Numbered from the stretch's first letter, positions 20,441-31,902 are shown. The stretch: DNA of 64,000 bases from an uncultured candidate division Zixibacteria bacterium (GCA_963702205.1 OY969724.1:1632001-1696000); one strand, 5' to 3'. The notes: generated by a model not told the origin, from the sequence alone. Program-made: numbers and translations.

Positions 20441-21347
20441 TTGTTTGAGATGGATTATGACAGCATTATACAACGTACCACACCCTGGAAGGGTGTGTTA
20501 CCGGTTGGAGACAGAGTATTATCCTCATATTTAGGCCCTCTTGACGCGCAGCTCTGTGGGAATTATATTTATGCCAACGGAGAAAGAGTGGCATTTGTGA
20601 AAGATACCTGCACAACTATAAGGTATTATTTGAATGACCATTTGGGTTCAGTCATGGCTACAGTATCTCCCGCGGGCAGCATGTGCGATAGATATCAATA
20701 TCTGCCCTGGGGTAAAATGCATTTAAGTCAGGTCTCGGCAAGCACGGTTGCAAGATATATGTATACCAGCCAGGAATATGAAACCGAATTAGGCTATGAT
20801 ATGTACTATTTTGGTGCAAGATATTATGATCCTGAGTTAAAAATATTTATGCAGGTTGATCCCCTGCATCAGAAGTCCCCGTCGTTAGGCCCTTATTTAT
20901 ATTGTGCCAATAATCCAATGAAATATGTAGATACTGATGGCAAAGAAACACAAATATATTCTACTCCTATAGGCACTAATGGTTTTAATTTGCCTTACAA
21001 GCATATATTTATAAGAGTTTACAATAAGGCTTTAGATTTAAATACTACTCGAGGCTATTATCCGCAGAACAGATTAGCGGGTACCTTAAACATATTAGGG
21101 CTCAACTTTAAAAGCGGCAATAAAGTCGTATTAAAGGTTGACGATCCTTCCGAACTTGGTGAAGTTAACAAATTGGAAAAGGGCGAAGAATCTAATGTAA
21201 CTTATGAAGCTACATTAAACCCACCCGATGGCATGACCGTAAATCAACATGATCAATTAATCATAGATGCCGCAGATAGTTATGACTTAAGTAATATAGA
21301 TTATGGGGCTAGTGCGGGTCCTAATAGTAACACCATAGTGGATGATG
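20441..21347 (+). pseudogene. Orphan RHS core plus toxin tip, truncated by IS3
   Basis: YYLNDHLGSV, YYFGARYYDP, YCANNPMKYVDTDG; no long N-terminal RHS body; the ORF runs into the IS at 21348. Confidence 0.85.
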
Positions 21348-21373
21348 TGACCTTCCCCCCATTTGATGGACAC

Positions 21374-22267
21374 TCAGTTAAGACACGGTGATTGCTTCCG
21401 TGTCGGTTGTGGTCTGGCGGCGGATTCGTACTCGGCCGGGCTCACTGAACCCAGCGACGAATGCCGACGCTGACCGTTGTAAAACACCTCAATATACTCA
21501 AAGATCTTCGCCTTCGCTTCATCTCTGGTCACGAAGTTCTCGTGATGCACCAGCTCCTGCTTCAACGTGCCCCAGAACGACTCCATCGGTGCGTTGTCCC
21601 AGCAATCACCTCTCCGACTCATGCTGGTGATGGCCTGATGCTGACGAAGGAGCTTTTGATAGTCTCCGGCCGCATACTGCTTGCCCTGGTCGCTGTGGTG
21701 GATCAGCCCCGGACCCGGGCGATACCGCACCAGGGCCTGCCCAAGCGCGCTCAAGGTCAACTCAGCGTTGATCCGAGGACTCATGGCACAGCCGACCACC
21801 CGACGGGTGTACAGATCCAGCACGCCGGCCAGATACAGCCAGCCCTCGGTCGTCGGGATATACGTGATATCAGCTAGCCACACCCGGTTCGGACTGGCAG
21901 CGGTAAAGTCGCGGCTCAACAGATTCGGCGCCACCGGCAACTTGTGCTTCGAATCCGTCGTTGCCTTGAACTTTTTTACCGCCTTTGGCCGTATCCCATG
22001 CAGACGCATGAGCCTGGCCACTCGCTTCTCGTTACAGACATGTCCCTGATCGTGCAACTCATCGGTCACACGAGGCGAACCGTAGGTCCGACGACTCCTC
22101 AGGTACGCCTGCCGGATCAGCGGCAGCAACTGCCGATTCTGCATCGACCGCGCACTCTCCGGTCGGACCAGCCAGGCATAGTAGCCGCTCCGTGAGACAC
22201 TCAGCACCCGGCTCATCAACGTAAGTCGAAACTGTGACGCATGGTCCCGCATAAAGGCATATCTCAC
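21374..22267 (-). CDS. IS3 transposase OrfB (rve/DDE)
   Basis: WLADITYI, HHSDQGKQY, WDNAPMESFWGTLKQE, YNGQRRHSSLG. Confidence 0.95.
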   Translation of the reverse strand: MRYAFMRDHASQFRLTLMSRVLSVSRSGYYAWLVRPESARSMQNRQLLPLIRQAYLRSRRTYGSPRVTDELHDQGHVCNEKRVARLMRLHGIRPKAVKKFKATTDSKHKLPVAPNLLSRDFTAASPNRVWLADITYIPTTEGWLYLAGVLDLYTRRVVGCAMSPRINAELTLSALGQALVRYRPGPGLIHHSDQGKQYAAGDYQKLLRQHQAITSMSRRGDCWDNAPMESFWGTLKQELVHHENFVTRDEAKAKIFEYIEVFYNGQRRHSSLGSVSPAEYESAARPQPTRKQSPCLN

Positions 22268-22567
22268 TTCGACCGGCGACTGAAGACGGCCAGCGCTTTT
22301 TTTAAAATGTCCCGCTCCTCCGTCACATCGGCCAATTGCCGCTGCAACCGACGCAGTTCTTCCTGCTCCGGACTCAGGTGACCCTTACCCGGAAACGCCG
22401 CCTCGCCCTCCTGGGCAAACTGGCTGCGCCACCGATGCAGCATGTTCTCGCTGATTCCCAGATCACGGGCCACCCCGGCCACTGTCCGGCCCGCCTCACG
22501 GCTCAGCCGGTACTGCTTCCAACTTGAACTCCCGGTCGTACTTCCGTCGATTCGATCCTGATGACAT
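22264..22567 (-). pseudogene. IS3 OrfA (HTH_Tnp_1) with one extra base
   Basis: GGAGG then ATG 22567 MSSGSNRRKYDREFKLEAV; an extra base near 22510 shifts the frame before RLSREAGRTVAGVARDLGI. Confidence 0.8.
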
Positions 22568-22634
22568 CTGAACACCTCCGGATAGTAACATAACCCTATC
22601 CTTTCGATCTGTCCACTAATCCGGGGGAAGGTCA

Positions 22635-23122
22635 TAATATGATTTGGATAAATCGCCCACTCTATTATATCTTAATCTTGTCCTATCCCATACTAATGTA
22701 TCATTGGGGATGGAAAGTGGGAACACTTTATTCAATGAATAAATATTATAATAATCGAGTATGCCGCAAAGACTCTCAGAATTAATATAAATACTATCCA
22801 TTTGTGATTCTTCGGTAACAGCGGTCATTACGCCGTTTATTCGTATGCTATCGACCTTCAAATCGTATATAAATCTATATGCGGGATATATATTTTTGCA
22901 ATTATTGCAGGCACTCGTATCAAAAACAACTTCGGAAACTCCAGGACGAAAATACATGGAATCGTGTTCTGCGCTAAAAAATGCCCTGCCCAAAACACGG
23001 CCATACTCATCAGCGATTGAGACATTATTGTTCAATATTAAAACGAACAAAATAAATCCCAATAGCGACACAAATGTACGCGAGACATATAATTTCGTAT
23101 AGTCCATTGCGACCTCCACCAT
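22635..23122 (-). pseudogene. N-terminal fragment of a secreted protein truncated by the IS (possibly an S8 protease prodomain)
   Basis: Signal peptide; the reading frame runs into the IS end at 22634; family assignment is tentative. Confidence 0.55.
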
Positions 23123-23233
23123 TAAATACAGATTGTTACTGCTTCCATACTAATGGAAATACGTGTAGATGACACTTATACGATTCTTATTACCACACAA
23201 TCCCTCCCCCCCTTAAAAAGGTTAATAGTCGAC

Positions 23234-25569
23234 CTATTTCATAAGAATCATCTTTTTTGATAATTGATGGAATTCGACCTTTAAATTATAGAGATATACA
23301 CCAGATGACATAGGTGTGCCGCTGTCGTCTGTACCGTTCCATTCATAATTATAGACTCCAGCTGGCAATATGCTATTAACCACCGTATTCACTTTTTGGC
23401 CTAATATATTGAATATTTCAAGGCACACATTTTGTCTGCAATCAAGGACAAAAGAAATATTGGTCACGACGTTAAATGGATTGGGAAAGTTTTGATACAA
23501 TGTCACGGATTCCGGTAAGATTGATTCGTCTTCTTCCTCCAATCCGGTCGGAAGCTGATTATTCAATCGTATAAGGCCATAGAAGTCTGCGATTAATAAT
23601 AAATTCCCGGAAATTGCAAGATCCCAAGCATATCCTGGCGTATTATATGTGGCCGCACGATACGGGTCGCTTGTATCGGATATATTGATTGCCGAAATAC
23701 CATCCGTACTATTAGTAAGGTATACAAAATCACCTGATACTTCGATATCTTGAGATTCTCCCGATCCTGAATATAAGCCCGCAAAAGTGGGGTTGGCTGG
23801 ATCCGAAATATTGACTATCTCAAATTCCCCGCCTCCACCCGTCAAGTATACAAAATCTCCTTGAATTACTAGGTCGTTATATAACGCCGGACCGCCCATG
23901 TACGAATATGATGTGACAAATTGTGGATCAGATGGGGTGGATATGTCAAGCACAATCATGCCAGCAAAACGAGCCGCGATTAGGACAAAATCGTTACTTA
24001 CTGCCGTCCTTAATAACGCGTCCGGGCCCTGGTAGCATGCAATCAAATTGGGTTCATCAGGCTTATATATATCGAATATATATAAGTCGTAGGACGACAC
24101 GAAGGCGAGATTACCTTGAATCGTAATCCCAGTTGTTAACCAGGGGAGATCAATTTTACTCTCAATAAAAATATTATTATTATTTTCAATATTTGCTACG
24201 ATCAATCCATCATAACAATCCGTCGCAAACAAATGACCCCCCGAAATAGCCATATCGCCCAATCCACGATAGGGCAACTGGAGATCAGATATATAAAAAA
24301 TACTATCAGGCGAAGATATATTTACAACGGCAATTCCTCCCGGGGTCGGCAACCATTCAAAGCCGCCATAAGCAACGTAGGCAATACTGTCACGGATAGC
24401 CACGGAGGTGACGACGCTTGGCAGCGATATAATAGAGATTAACTGAGGATAGGTTTTAATTGATATATCTACCAATAATAAATCACCTGGTTTTGATCCC
24501 AATGGAGGCGTAGCATTATTGTTTCCATAGGCACCATTAGAATCACACATATAAACTGGACTTTCCTCCTGAATCCAATCGACATCATCGAATAAAAGAA
24601 CAAGATCGTTGCCAATATCAAAAATGCCGCTCCTGCCTTGCGTATAGCAACAGCCAACCAATACAGGGTTATTTGGCTGTTCAATGTCGTATATTAGTAA
24701 TCCGGACTCCCGGCATTTATGTACACATATTTATTGTCTGATTTTATATGGGTACATGCACCCATAATGCGGATAGAATCTTCTATAAACATCGAAGTGG
24801 GATCGGACTTATTTATGACCAATAACCACGAATTAAGATACGGAGTCATGCAAGACCCATCGGCAATATAAATATAATCGCCTTCGACAGTGATGTCGTT
24901 AGCACATTCGGGCGTTTCAATATGCCCGATTTCCTTCGGCGAGTCAGGATCGGCAATATCAACTAACCACAAATCGTAATGATTGGTGACATACGCTGTA
25001 TCATTTAATACTCTTAAATTCGTTATTCCATAATTAAAATCAAAAAGACCTTTCAGAATTGGATGAAAAGGATCGGAGACATCAATAATTTGCATTTGGC
25101 TCAATTCGATTAGTAGCCAATTTGTAATACATAATTTATCGCCATCGATTGAAATTTCTCGTGGCGGATATGGCAGATCAATTTCGCCGACCAATCTGGG
25201 TCCGAGATAATCACCTATATTATATATAAGGATTGAACTATCGCAGACTGCATATAGTAGAGTATCCAGAACTTCGATTTTCCCGAATGGGAGGTTATCC
25301 GTCTTTATCTTATTAATCACTTGAGGATTGTCGGGGTTGGAAATATCGTAAATTATGATGCCGAATGGCATGGAGCAAAAAGCCAAACTGCCGCGAATTT
25401 CTATATCCTTCACCTCATTCCATAATGCACTTCCGGAATATTCAAAAGGAACGTCATTGCTATTTATTGGCCCGGATAAATACAAGGAATTGTCTCCGGT
25501 TGCGGTAGGCGAAACTGGCAACGAGAAAATAAGAAAGCAAGACAGAATGTATGCTACCTTACAGGACAT
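23234..25569 (-). pseudogene. Secreted LVIVD-repeat protein with FlgD-Ig/T9SS-type-A-like C-terminus, split by a 1-bp frameshift near 24705
   Basis: LVIVD-type repeats continue across the two ORFs (INAGS/GLLIYDIEQPNNP); LYQNFPNPFN...SGVYLY...KKMILMK. Confidence 0.8.
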
Positions 25570-25956
25570 TACCCCCTATCCTTTTTTTAGATGCCTAAAA
25601 TATATAAAATTTGGCGTGTTTGTCAATAAATATATCGGGGGAAATTTTATAACATTTTGAAATCTGCTAATTCGGATATCTCGAATTAAATTGAATCATC
25701 AATTGCTGTGTTGTTAAGTGTTATTCGCGCTTTATTTTCTGTCCGTTTCCATTTCCATTTCCTATTATTCCATATAATTACACCATCTTTATACCTAGCA
25801 ACAACTTAAACCAGAATCCGTCCTTATAAATGGAATTTGTTAAATCCCTGCTCCAATATATTCCGAGTATTTGCAATATTCATTTTCAAAAACCAACCCC
25901 GCGCGAAGCGCGGGGAAATATCAATCCTCCACGCGAAGCGTGGCTATTCTTTCTAT

Positions 25957-26304
25957 TCATCCAGAATCCTTATTTATTAAACCATCCAACTCCGGTAAAA
26001 TAAGGCCAAACTTCTCTCCGGAAATTCCCTCCAAAATTCTTGCCATTTGCTCCTGCTGTTGTAATAACGACAAAAGCAAAGCCAGAACGCCTTTCCACGA
26101 TTTGAGTAATTCAAATTCATTTTTCAATTCCTCTAATTTACTCTGCAATTCATAATTCGTTTCTCTTTCGAAACTTAGGTCCTCTTTCAACTTCAGGTTT
26201 TCTCGGTTATAGGCTGCAACCTCATCAGATTTGACTGAAATTGCCGTTTCTTCTTCGAGAATACCCTCTCGATCCAAATACCGATTAACTTCCTTACTGG
26301 CCAT
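25957..26304 (-). CDS. Hypothetical coiled-coil protein
   Basis: Open frame rich in E/K/L; no family recognised. Confidence 0.4.
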   Translation of the reverse strand: MASKEVNRYLDREGILEEETAISVKSDEVAAYNRENLKLKEDLSFERETNYELQSKLEELKNEFELLKSWKGVLALLLSLLQQQEQMARILEGISGEKFGLILPELDGLINKDSG

Positions 26305-26359
26305 AGTCCAGCCATAGCGATAACACAGCTTATAAGGCGATTTCAATCGGTTGGCGCCG

Positions 26360-26384
26360 GGGTGGCCCGACATTCTATGTCGGG
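26360..26384 (+). repeat. Solo REP-like element of the same family as the ends of the 387-bp units
   Basis: GGGTGGCCCGACATTCTATGTCGGG, at the AT-rich to GC-rich boundary. Confidence 0.85.
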
Positions 26385-26398
26385 ATTTCGGTCTTTAT

Positions 26399-28768
26399 CT
26401 ATTCATACCTCAAGGCTTCGGCTGGGCTCATGCGGGAGGCGCGGATTGCCTGCACCAGCACAGTAAGTATGGCTATTGTAATCACTAAGGCCAGGGTCGC
26501 CCCGAAAACCTGCCATCCCACCCCGGTGCGATACGCGAAATTCCGCAACCAGCGGGTGGCAACATAGTACGCGACCGGTGAAGCCACGATGATCGCCAGC
26601 AGGACCCACGTCGTAAACTGGCGAATGAGCAGTACCGCCAACTGCCACGGGCTGGCCCCAAGGACTTTGCGTACACCCAGCTCCTTGATGCGCTGCTCCG
26701 CCGAAAACGACGCCAGGCCAAACAAACCCAAAGACGCAACCAGAATCGCGGCCCCGGTCAGATAGGTCAGTATTTTGGACAGGCGTTTTTCGCTGGAATA
26801 CAACCTCTCCAGCGTTTCATCGAAGAAGCGGTAATTTATGGGATAATCGGGCGATATCTGATGCCAGACGCTCTCGATGTGATCAAGACTCCCCTTGATG
26901 TTATTCGGCCCCAGGCGAGCGATCACGGTTGCGCACCAGCTGCGCTCGATTCTCATGACAAGCGGACCGATTGGCTGGCGAAGGGAGCGGAAATTGAAAT
27001 CTTTTACGACACCGATAATTCGGCCGGTCGCGGGGCGGCTCCACACGTGCAGCGGCTGGCCAACCGGATTGTCGAACCCGAATTCTTTCGCGGCGGATTC
27101 ATTGATCAGATATGACTCGGTCTCGTCGGTCGGACGTTCGCGGGAAAAATTTCGACCTTCGATGACCTTTATATCGAAAGTCGGAACGAAGTCCTCATCG
27201 ACAACCAGTGAATTTATATTGGACGTGTCGGGCTTGTCCGTGCCTTCGCCGATCATATACGTCTGCGACGTGTACAGATATCCCGGCAGGGCCGCCGCCC
27301 GGGTGACGCTTTGAATATCGGGATCGGTCAAAAGCTGCTGGCGAAAAGTGTCATAAGAGTCCATGACTTTTTTATCCATGTGGAAGTACACGATACTGTC
27401 GCGACGAAAACCGGGGTCAGCCGTACTCATGTAATGAAATTGTCGCAGCACGACCAGGGTGCCGATCATAAGTACGGTCGTGATGGCGTACTGGGCGAAG
27501 ATAAGTACACGGCGCGTAATAATACCCTGTCGACCGGCCTGGAAACGTCCTTTGAGCACGTCGATCGGTTTGAAGTAAGACAAATAAGCCGCCGGATATA
27601 TACCGCCCAGAAATCCCGCCAGGGCGCTCAGGCCCAGCGCGATCAGGAGCGTGGTCGGCTGAAGCAGGTCAAGATGCCGGTTGACGTACTGATCGAAAAG
27701 GGGCAGCATGAGTTCCGCGAAAGCGACGGCCAGTGGCAGGGCCAGCAGGCTCATCAGAATCGATTCACCGATAAATTGCAGTATCAGGCGGCTGCGCACG
27801 GTCCCGAGGACTTTGCGCAGGCCCACCTCGCGGGCCCGGCGCAAACTGCGGGCGGTGGAGAGGTTCATGAAATTGGCACAGGCGATAAATAAGATTATCA
27901 GCGCTATCGTGCCGAGCATGACGAGGTACCGTTTATCGATTGTTACCGCGGGATCATCGGTCACATTGGCGGACAGATGGATGTCCCGGATTGGCTGCAA
28001 CAATACGTGGACGACGTTTCTTTCTTCCTTGCCGATATGCTTTTCGACCCAATCCGGGAGACGAGTTTCGAGCGATTTGACATCGGTCCCGGGCGCGAGG
28101 AGAACGTACGTTTGATAGTTCCAGTTGACGAAATCGGACAGCCCGTCTTTATCCAGATAAAGTCCGACCAGACCCTCGAATGGCGCAACATAGCTGAACG
28201 TCAGGTGCGAATTCCCGGGCACGTCCTCGGCCACGCCGGTTACAGTGAAATTGTGGTAGTCGCTGGGGATGACTTTGCCGACGGGGTCTTCATCACCGAA
28301 TATTTTTTTGGCCGCAGATTCGGTCAGCACAAGTGAATTCGGGTCCTCCAGGGCGGTGGCCGGGTCGCCTTTCAACAGGTGGAAGCTGAAGGCGTTGAAA
28401 AAACCGGAGTCGGTCCATAAGAACTCGTCCGGGATCAATTGCTGGCCCTTGTAACGCAATATGGGGCTCGCATAATTCGCCAGCCGAATGACCGATTGTA
28501 TTTCAGGAAACTCCGCCGACAAAGTGCCGTAGATTCCGGCCGGTGTGTTGGTGCCTATCTTTCCGCCGGCTTGCCGGCTGTCGATGAGTATGCGATACAG
28601 CCGGTCGCCATTTTGATGGAAATTGTCGAAGCTGTACTCATAGCCGATGAACGCAACGATCACGAGACAACACGCCAAACCGTGCGCCAGTCCGCCGATA
28701 TTGAGGAGTGAATATATCTTGTTCCGCAGAAGATTACGGAAGGCTACTTTAAGGTAATTTCTGAACAT
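26399..28768 (-). CDS. ABC transporter permease, duplicated MacB_PCD/FtsX type
   Basis: MFRNYLKVAFRNL, RAREVGLRKVLG, RIKELGVRKVLGAS, C-terminal ALRYE. Confidence 0.92.
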   Translation of the reverse strand: MFRNYLKVAFRNLLRNKIYSLLNIGGLAHGLACCLVIVAFIGYEYSFDNFHQNGDRLYRILIDSRQAGGKIGTNTPAGIYGTLSAEFPEIQSVIRLANYASPILRYKGQQLIPDEFLWTDSGFFNAFSFHLLKGDPATALEDPNSLVLTESAAKKIFGDEDPVGKVIPSDYHNFTVTGVAEDVPGNSHLTFSYVAPFEGLVGLYLDKDGLSDFVNWNYQTYVLLAPGTDVKSLETRLPDWVEKHIGKEERNVVHVLLQPIRDIHLSANVTDDPAVTIDKRYLVMLGTIALIILFIACANFMNLSTARSLRRAREVGLRKVLGTVRSRLILQFIGESILMSLLALPLAVAFAELMLPLFDQYVNRHLDLLQPTTLLIALGLSALAGFLGGIYPAAYLSYFKPIDVLKGRFQAGRQGIITRRVLIFAQYAITTVLMIGTLVVLRQFHYMSTADPGFRRDSIVYFHMDKKVMDSYDTFRQQLLTDPDIQSVTRAAALPGYLYTSQTYMIGEGTDKPDTSNINSLVVDEDFVPTFDIKVIEGRNFSRERPTDETESYLINESAAKEFGFDNPVGQPLHVWSRPATGRIIGVVKDFNFRSLRQPIGPLVMRIERSWCATVIARLGPNNIKGSLDHIESVWHQISPDYPINYRFFDETLERLYSSEKRLSKILTYLTGAAILVASLGLFGLASFSAEQRIKELGVRKVLGASPWQLAVLLIRQFTTWVLLAIIVASPVAYYVATRWLRNFAYRTGVGWQVFGATLALVITIAILTVLVQAIRASRMSPAEALRYE

Positions 28769-28779
28769 ATTTGTTCCCT

Positions 28780-29340
28780 TCACTCATGTCTGAGAATCGT
28801 AACGGGATTGGTGATGACCGCCCTCGCCACTCCGACCAGTTGCTGCTGCCCGCCGAATAGCTGTGCAGGAAAGAGATCCTTTTTGCCGACTATCTGAAAA
28901 CGGTCGAGCGTGTCGCCAACCAGGGCCTTACGCTCGCTTCGGGCAACACCTTTATAGAGCAACGGGGTTTCGAGATTTTCGTAGACGGTCAGATCATCGA
29001 GCAGATGATAGCTCTGAAAAACAAAGCCAATCGACCGTTTGTGAATTGCGATGCAATCCTTTTCTTTGAGTCGCGTCACATCCCGCTCCAGAAAATGGTA
29101 CGCTCCTTCGTCGGCTCGATCGAGCATGCCCAGAATGTGCAGCAGGGTTGATTTGCCCGCACCAGAGGGCCCCATAATCGATACGAATTCGCCCTTCCGA
29201 ATGTCGAGGCTGATGCCGTTGAGTACAAACGCCCGACCTGCTCCGGAATCATAGTATCTGTATATTCTCTCAAGTCGCATGATTGAACCATCGGCTGTTG
29301 GACGACTTGTGTTTTCAGGATGTGATTTGGTTGCGAACAT
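28780..29340 (-). pseudogene. Truncated ABC ATPase fused to a permease-like tail
   Basis: Walker A GPSGAGKST, altered signature LFGGQQQ, no Walker B; ends NPVTILRHE. Confidence 0.8.
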
Positions 29341-29361
29341 TTGTTTCCCTTCAATAATATC

Positions 29362-29544
29362 TTATTCGTATCGAAGCGAATCCGTCGGTTTGGCGGATGC
29401 GGCGATTGCGGCCTGAACCGCGATGCCCGCGAAAGCCACCAGCCGGCAGCCGATTCCCGGCGCCAGGCTGCCGATGATTATTCCGGCGTAGGCTTTATCG
29501 CGAATTAATTTTCGAAATGAAGCGATAAGACAGCTTTTTAACAT
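29362..29544 (-). pseudogene. Internally deleted MacB-type permease remnant
   Basis: Permease N-terminus (MLKSCLIASFRKLIRDKAYA) joined to a permease C-terminus (AASAKPTDSLRYE). Confidence 0.7.
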
Positions 29545-29632
29545 GCTTTTTATCCATCCTATAGCTTTGTGCCGTATCAGACACACACGTTCTCAAATGC
29601 ACCAATTATGCTAATCCCATGGTCTTTCTTGT

Positions 29633-30358
29633 TCACACTTTGTTTGCACGGAGTATGTTCTCGGTGACCACTTTGCCGTCGAGCAGATGTATTGTCCTCG
29701 TGCCGTAGTCGGCGTACTCGGGTGAGTGCGTCACCATGACTATGGTCGTACCGGTGGAGTGGAGGTCGGTCAAAAGTTTCATGACTTCATCGCCATGCGT
29801 CGTGTCAAGATTCCCGGTCGGTTCGTCGGCCAGAATTAGTTTTGGATTCGCGATTATGGCCCGTGAAACCGCCACCCTCTGTTGCTGACCCCCGGAAAGC
29901 TGCTGCGGGAAATGGTTGCGCCGCGCCATGAGGTTCATTCGTCCGAGAGTCTCTTCAACGCGTGTTTTGCGTTCACCGGACGAAACCCCAAGATAGAGCA
30001 AAGGCAGTTCGACATTTTCAAACACCGTCAACTCGTCGATCAGATTGAAGCTTTGGAACACGAAACCGATATTTCGCTTTCTGAGATTGGCGCGATTCCG
30101 CTCGCCGAATCCGGAAACTTCCGACCCCAGAAAATGGTAGTTGCCGGACGTTGGATTGTCCAGCAGGCCGAGGATGTTCAACAGCGTCGACTTGCCGCAA
30201 CCGGACGGGCCCATAATCGAAACGAACTCACCCGAACGAATCTCAATGCTGACATTATTCAGAGCCGACGTCTCCACTTCTTCGGTCGTATATAATTTGC
30301 AAAGTGATGACGTGTCGATCATCGCTTTGCCGTTGTCCGTCGTGCCGGTGGCATCCAT
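29633..30358 (-). CDS. ABC transporter ATP-binding protein (LolD/MacB type)
   Basis: GPSGCGKST, LSGGQQQR, ILADEPTGNLD, VTH. Confidence 0.95.
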   Translation of the reverse strand: MDATGTTDNGKAMIDTSSLCKLYTTEEVETSALNNVSIEIRSGEFVSIMGPSGCGKSTLLNILGLLDNPTSGNYHFLGSEVSGFGERNRANLRKRNIGFVFQSFNLIDELTVFENVELPLLYLGVSSGERKTRVEETLGRMNLMARRNHFPQQLSGGQQQRVAVSRAIIANPKLILADEPTGNLDTTHGDEVMKLLTDLHSTGTTIVMVTHSPEYADYGTRTIHLLDGKVVTENILRANKV

Positions 30359-30381
30359 ATCAGGATTCCCCTTCCTTTCGG

Positions 30382-31689
30382 TTATTTGAGTACTAATTTT
30401 TCAAAGTCACTATAGTTATCGTACGACGACGTTATAACGCGCTCGCCGGGTTCGAGCCCGTCGAGCACTTCGTAGGTCGACGGATTCTGTCGGCCGAGTT
30501 TGATGTTTCTTCGTACGGCGAAGTCACCGGATGGGTCGACCACATAGATCCAGTTTCCGCCCGTGGCTTGATAAAAACCGCCGCGCGGAATGGTGATTGT
30601 CGTCGATGGTTCCCCCAGGGCCAGCCGCACCAGAACCGATTGCCCGCGTCGAAGGCCGGGAGGTGTATCGCCGTCGAAGACGAGGTCGATATCGAAGCGA
30701 TTGTCTTTTACTTCGGGGTAGACCTTCCTGACCATCAGATCGTATGACTCGCCGCCGATTTCACAGGTTCCGGCCAGACCCGTGGTGACCCGCGAGATAT
30801 AATACTCATCGACGGCGGCGCGCAGTTTGTAGCTGCCGAGGACGTCGATCTGTCCGAGCCGCACTCCTTCCGGTTTTAGTTCGCCGATTTCGGCGTTAAG
30901 ATTGCTGAGCTGGCCGGTGATGGGGGCGCGGAGCACGAGGTTATTGAATTTTTCTTTGACAATAGCCAGGTTTTGCTGCATCCGGGCGACCGACTGTTCC
31001 AATTGCTCGATTTGAAGCTGCCGCATTGTCGAATCCTGTTTCTGGCTTTCGGCGACGAGATCTTTGCGGGTGTTCCAGTAATCGAAATCGTCCCGGGCCT
31101 GCTGGAATTCCTCGTCGGAGATCATATCTTTCGCGCGCAGTTTTTTGGCCCGTTCATAGCTCCTCGTCTGGACGCCAATTTGGTAATTGACTTCCGCCGC
31201 CTGCTGGCTGAGAGCAAGACGATTCTGTTCCATAGCGAGGCGTGTGGCCCGAAGGTTGTTCATCTGATCGTAGAGGTCCGCCTCGCGAAACATCATTTCC
31301 ATCTGCACGTTGGTGTTGGTCATGCGCAGCAGCGAATCGCCTTTGTTTACCAGGGCGCCTTCTTCAACATAGATCGCCTCGACCCGGCCGCCGTCGAGAG
31401 CGTCCATGTAAACCGTTTTGATCGGCTGAATGGTCCCCGTGACGGGGATGAATTCCTGAAAAAGGGATTGTTCGACGTCCGAGATTACGATTTTCTCGCG
31501 ATCGACGTTGAGCGTCGAGCGAATATCGGTGAATCCGATCAGGCTGATGATTATAATTATGACTACGGTTGCGGCCCCCCAGAAAATGAGACGCTTGCGC
31601 GGCCACCTCTTCCGTTCGATTTTGCGGTCCATTCCGGCCCGGTTTATTTCCGCGTTGTCGCCGGGCTCTTTTTCGACAGGGTATTTCAT
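30382..31689 (-). CDS. Periplasmic adaptor (HlyD/MacA-like membrane fusion protein)
   Basis: GMDRKIE, TM anchor, GGRVEAIYVEEGALVNKGD, coiled-coil hairpin, LRAPITG. Confidence 0.92.
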   Translation of the reverse strand: MKYPVEKEPGDNAEINRAGMDRKIERKRWPRKRLIFWGAATVVIIIIISLIGFTDIRSTLNVDREKIVISDVEQSLFQEFIPVTGTIQPIKTVYMDALDGGRVEAIYVEEGALVNKGDSLLRMTNTNVQMEMMFREADLYDQMNNLRATRLAMEQNRLALSQQAAEVNYQIGVQTRSYERAKKLRAKDMISDEEFQQARDDFDYWNTRKDLVAESQKQDSTMRQLQIEQLEQSVARMQQNLAIVKEKFNNLVLRAPITGQLSNLNAEIGELKPEGVRLGQIDVLGSYKLRAAVDEYYISRVTTGLAGTCEIGGESYDLMVRKVYPEVKDNRFDIDLVFDGDTPPGLRRGQSVLVRLALGEPSTTITIPRGGFYQATGGNWIYVVDPSGDFAVRRNIKLGRQNPSTYEVLDGLEPGERVITSSYDNYSDFEKLVLK

Positions 31690-31703
31690 TTGCTTTTATA
31701 TAT

Positions 31704-31719
31704 ATCAAATGGTGTGCCG
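31704..31719 (-). promoter_or_regulatory. Possible sigma54 promoter for the efflux operon
   Basis: CGGCAC-ACCA-TTTGA (-12 is GA instead of GC), divergent from an NtrC-type activator. Confidence 0.4.
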
Positions 31720-31902
31720 GTATTGTGCGCCAACGGGTTAGAGGCAGAGAGTGCCCATACCGGACACAGAAATATACGCTGGCGGACATCAAGTGTGCGA
31801 AAATGAACACTTCCGAGGCGAATGAGCTTGCGTATCTGCCTCGATAGTAATAAATTATGAAATCCAGAATTGAATCTGGAAAATCAGAATGCAGGACGAA
31901 TT

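Larger units (their letters stand above)
21348..22634 (-). mobile_element. IS3-family insertion sequence, 1287 bp
   Basis: Terminal IRs TGACCTTCCCCC, orfA/orfB arrangement, A7G slippery site at ~22296-22303; no target duplication. Confidence 0.95.
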
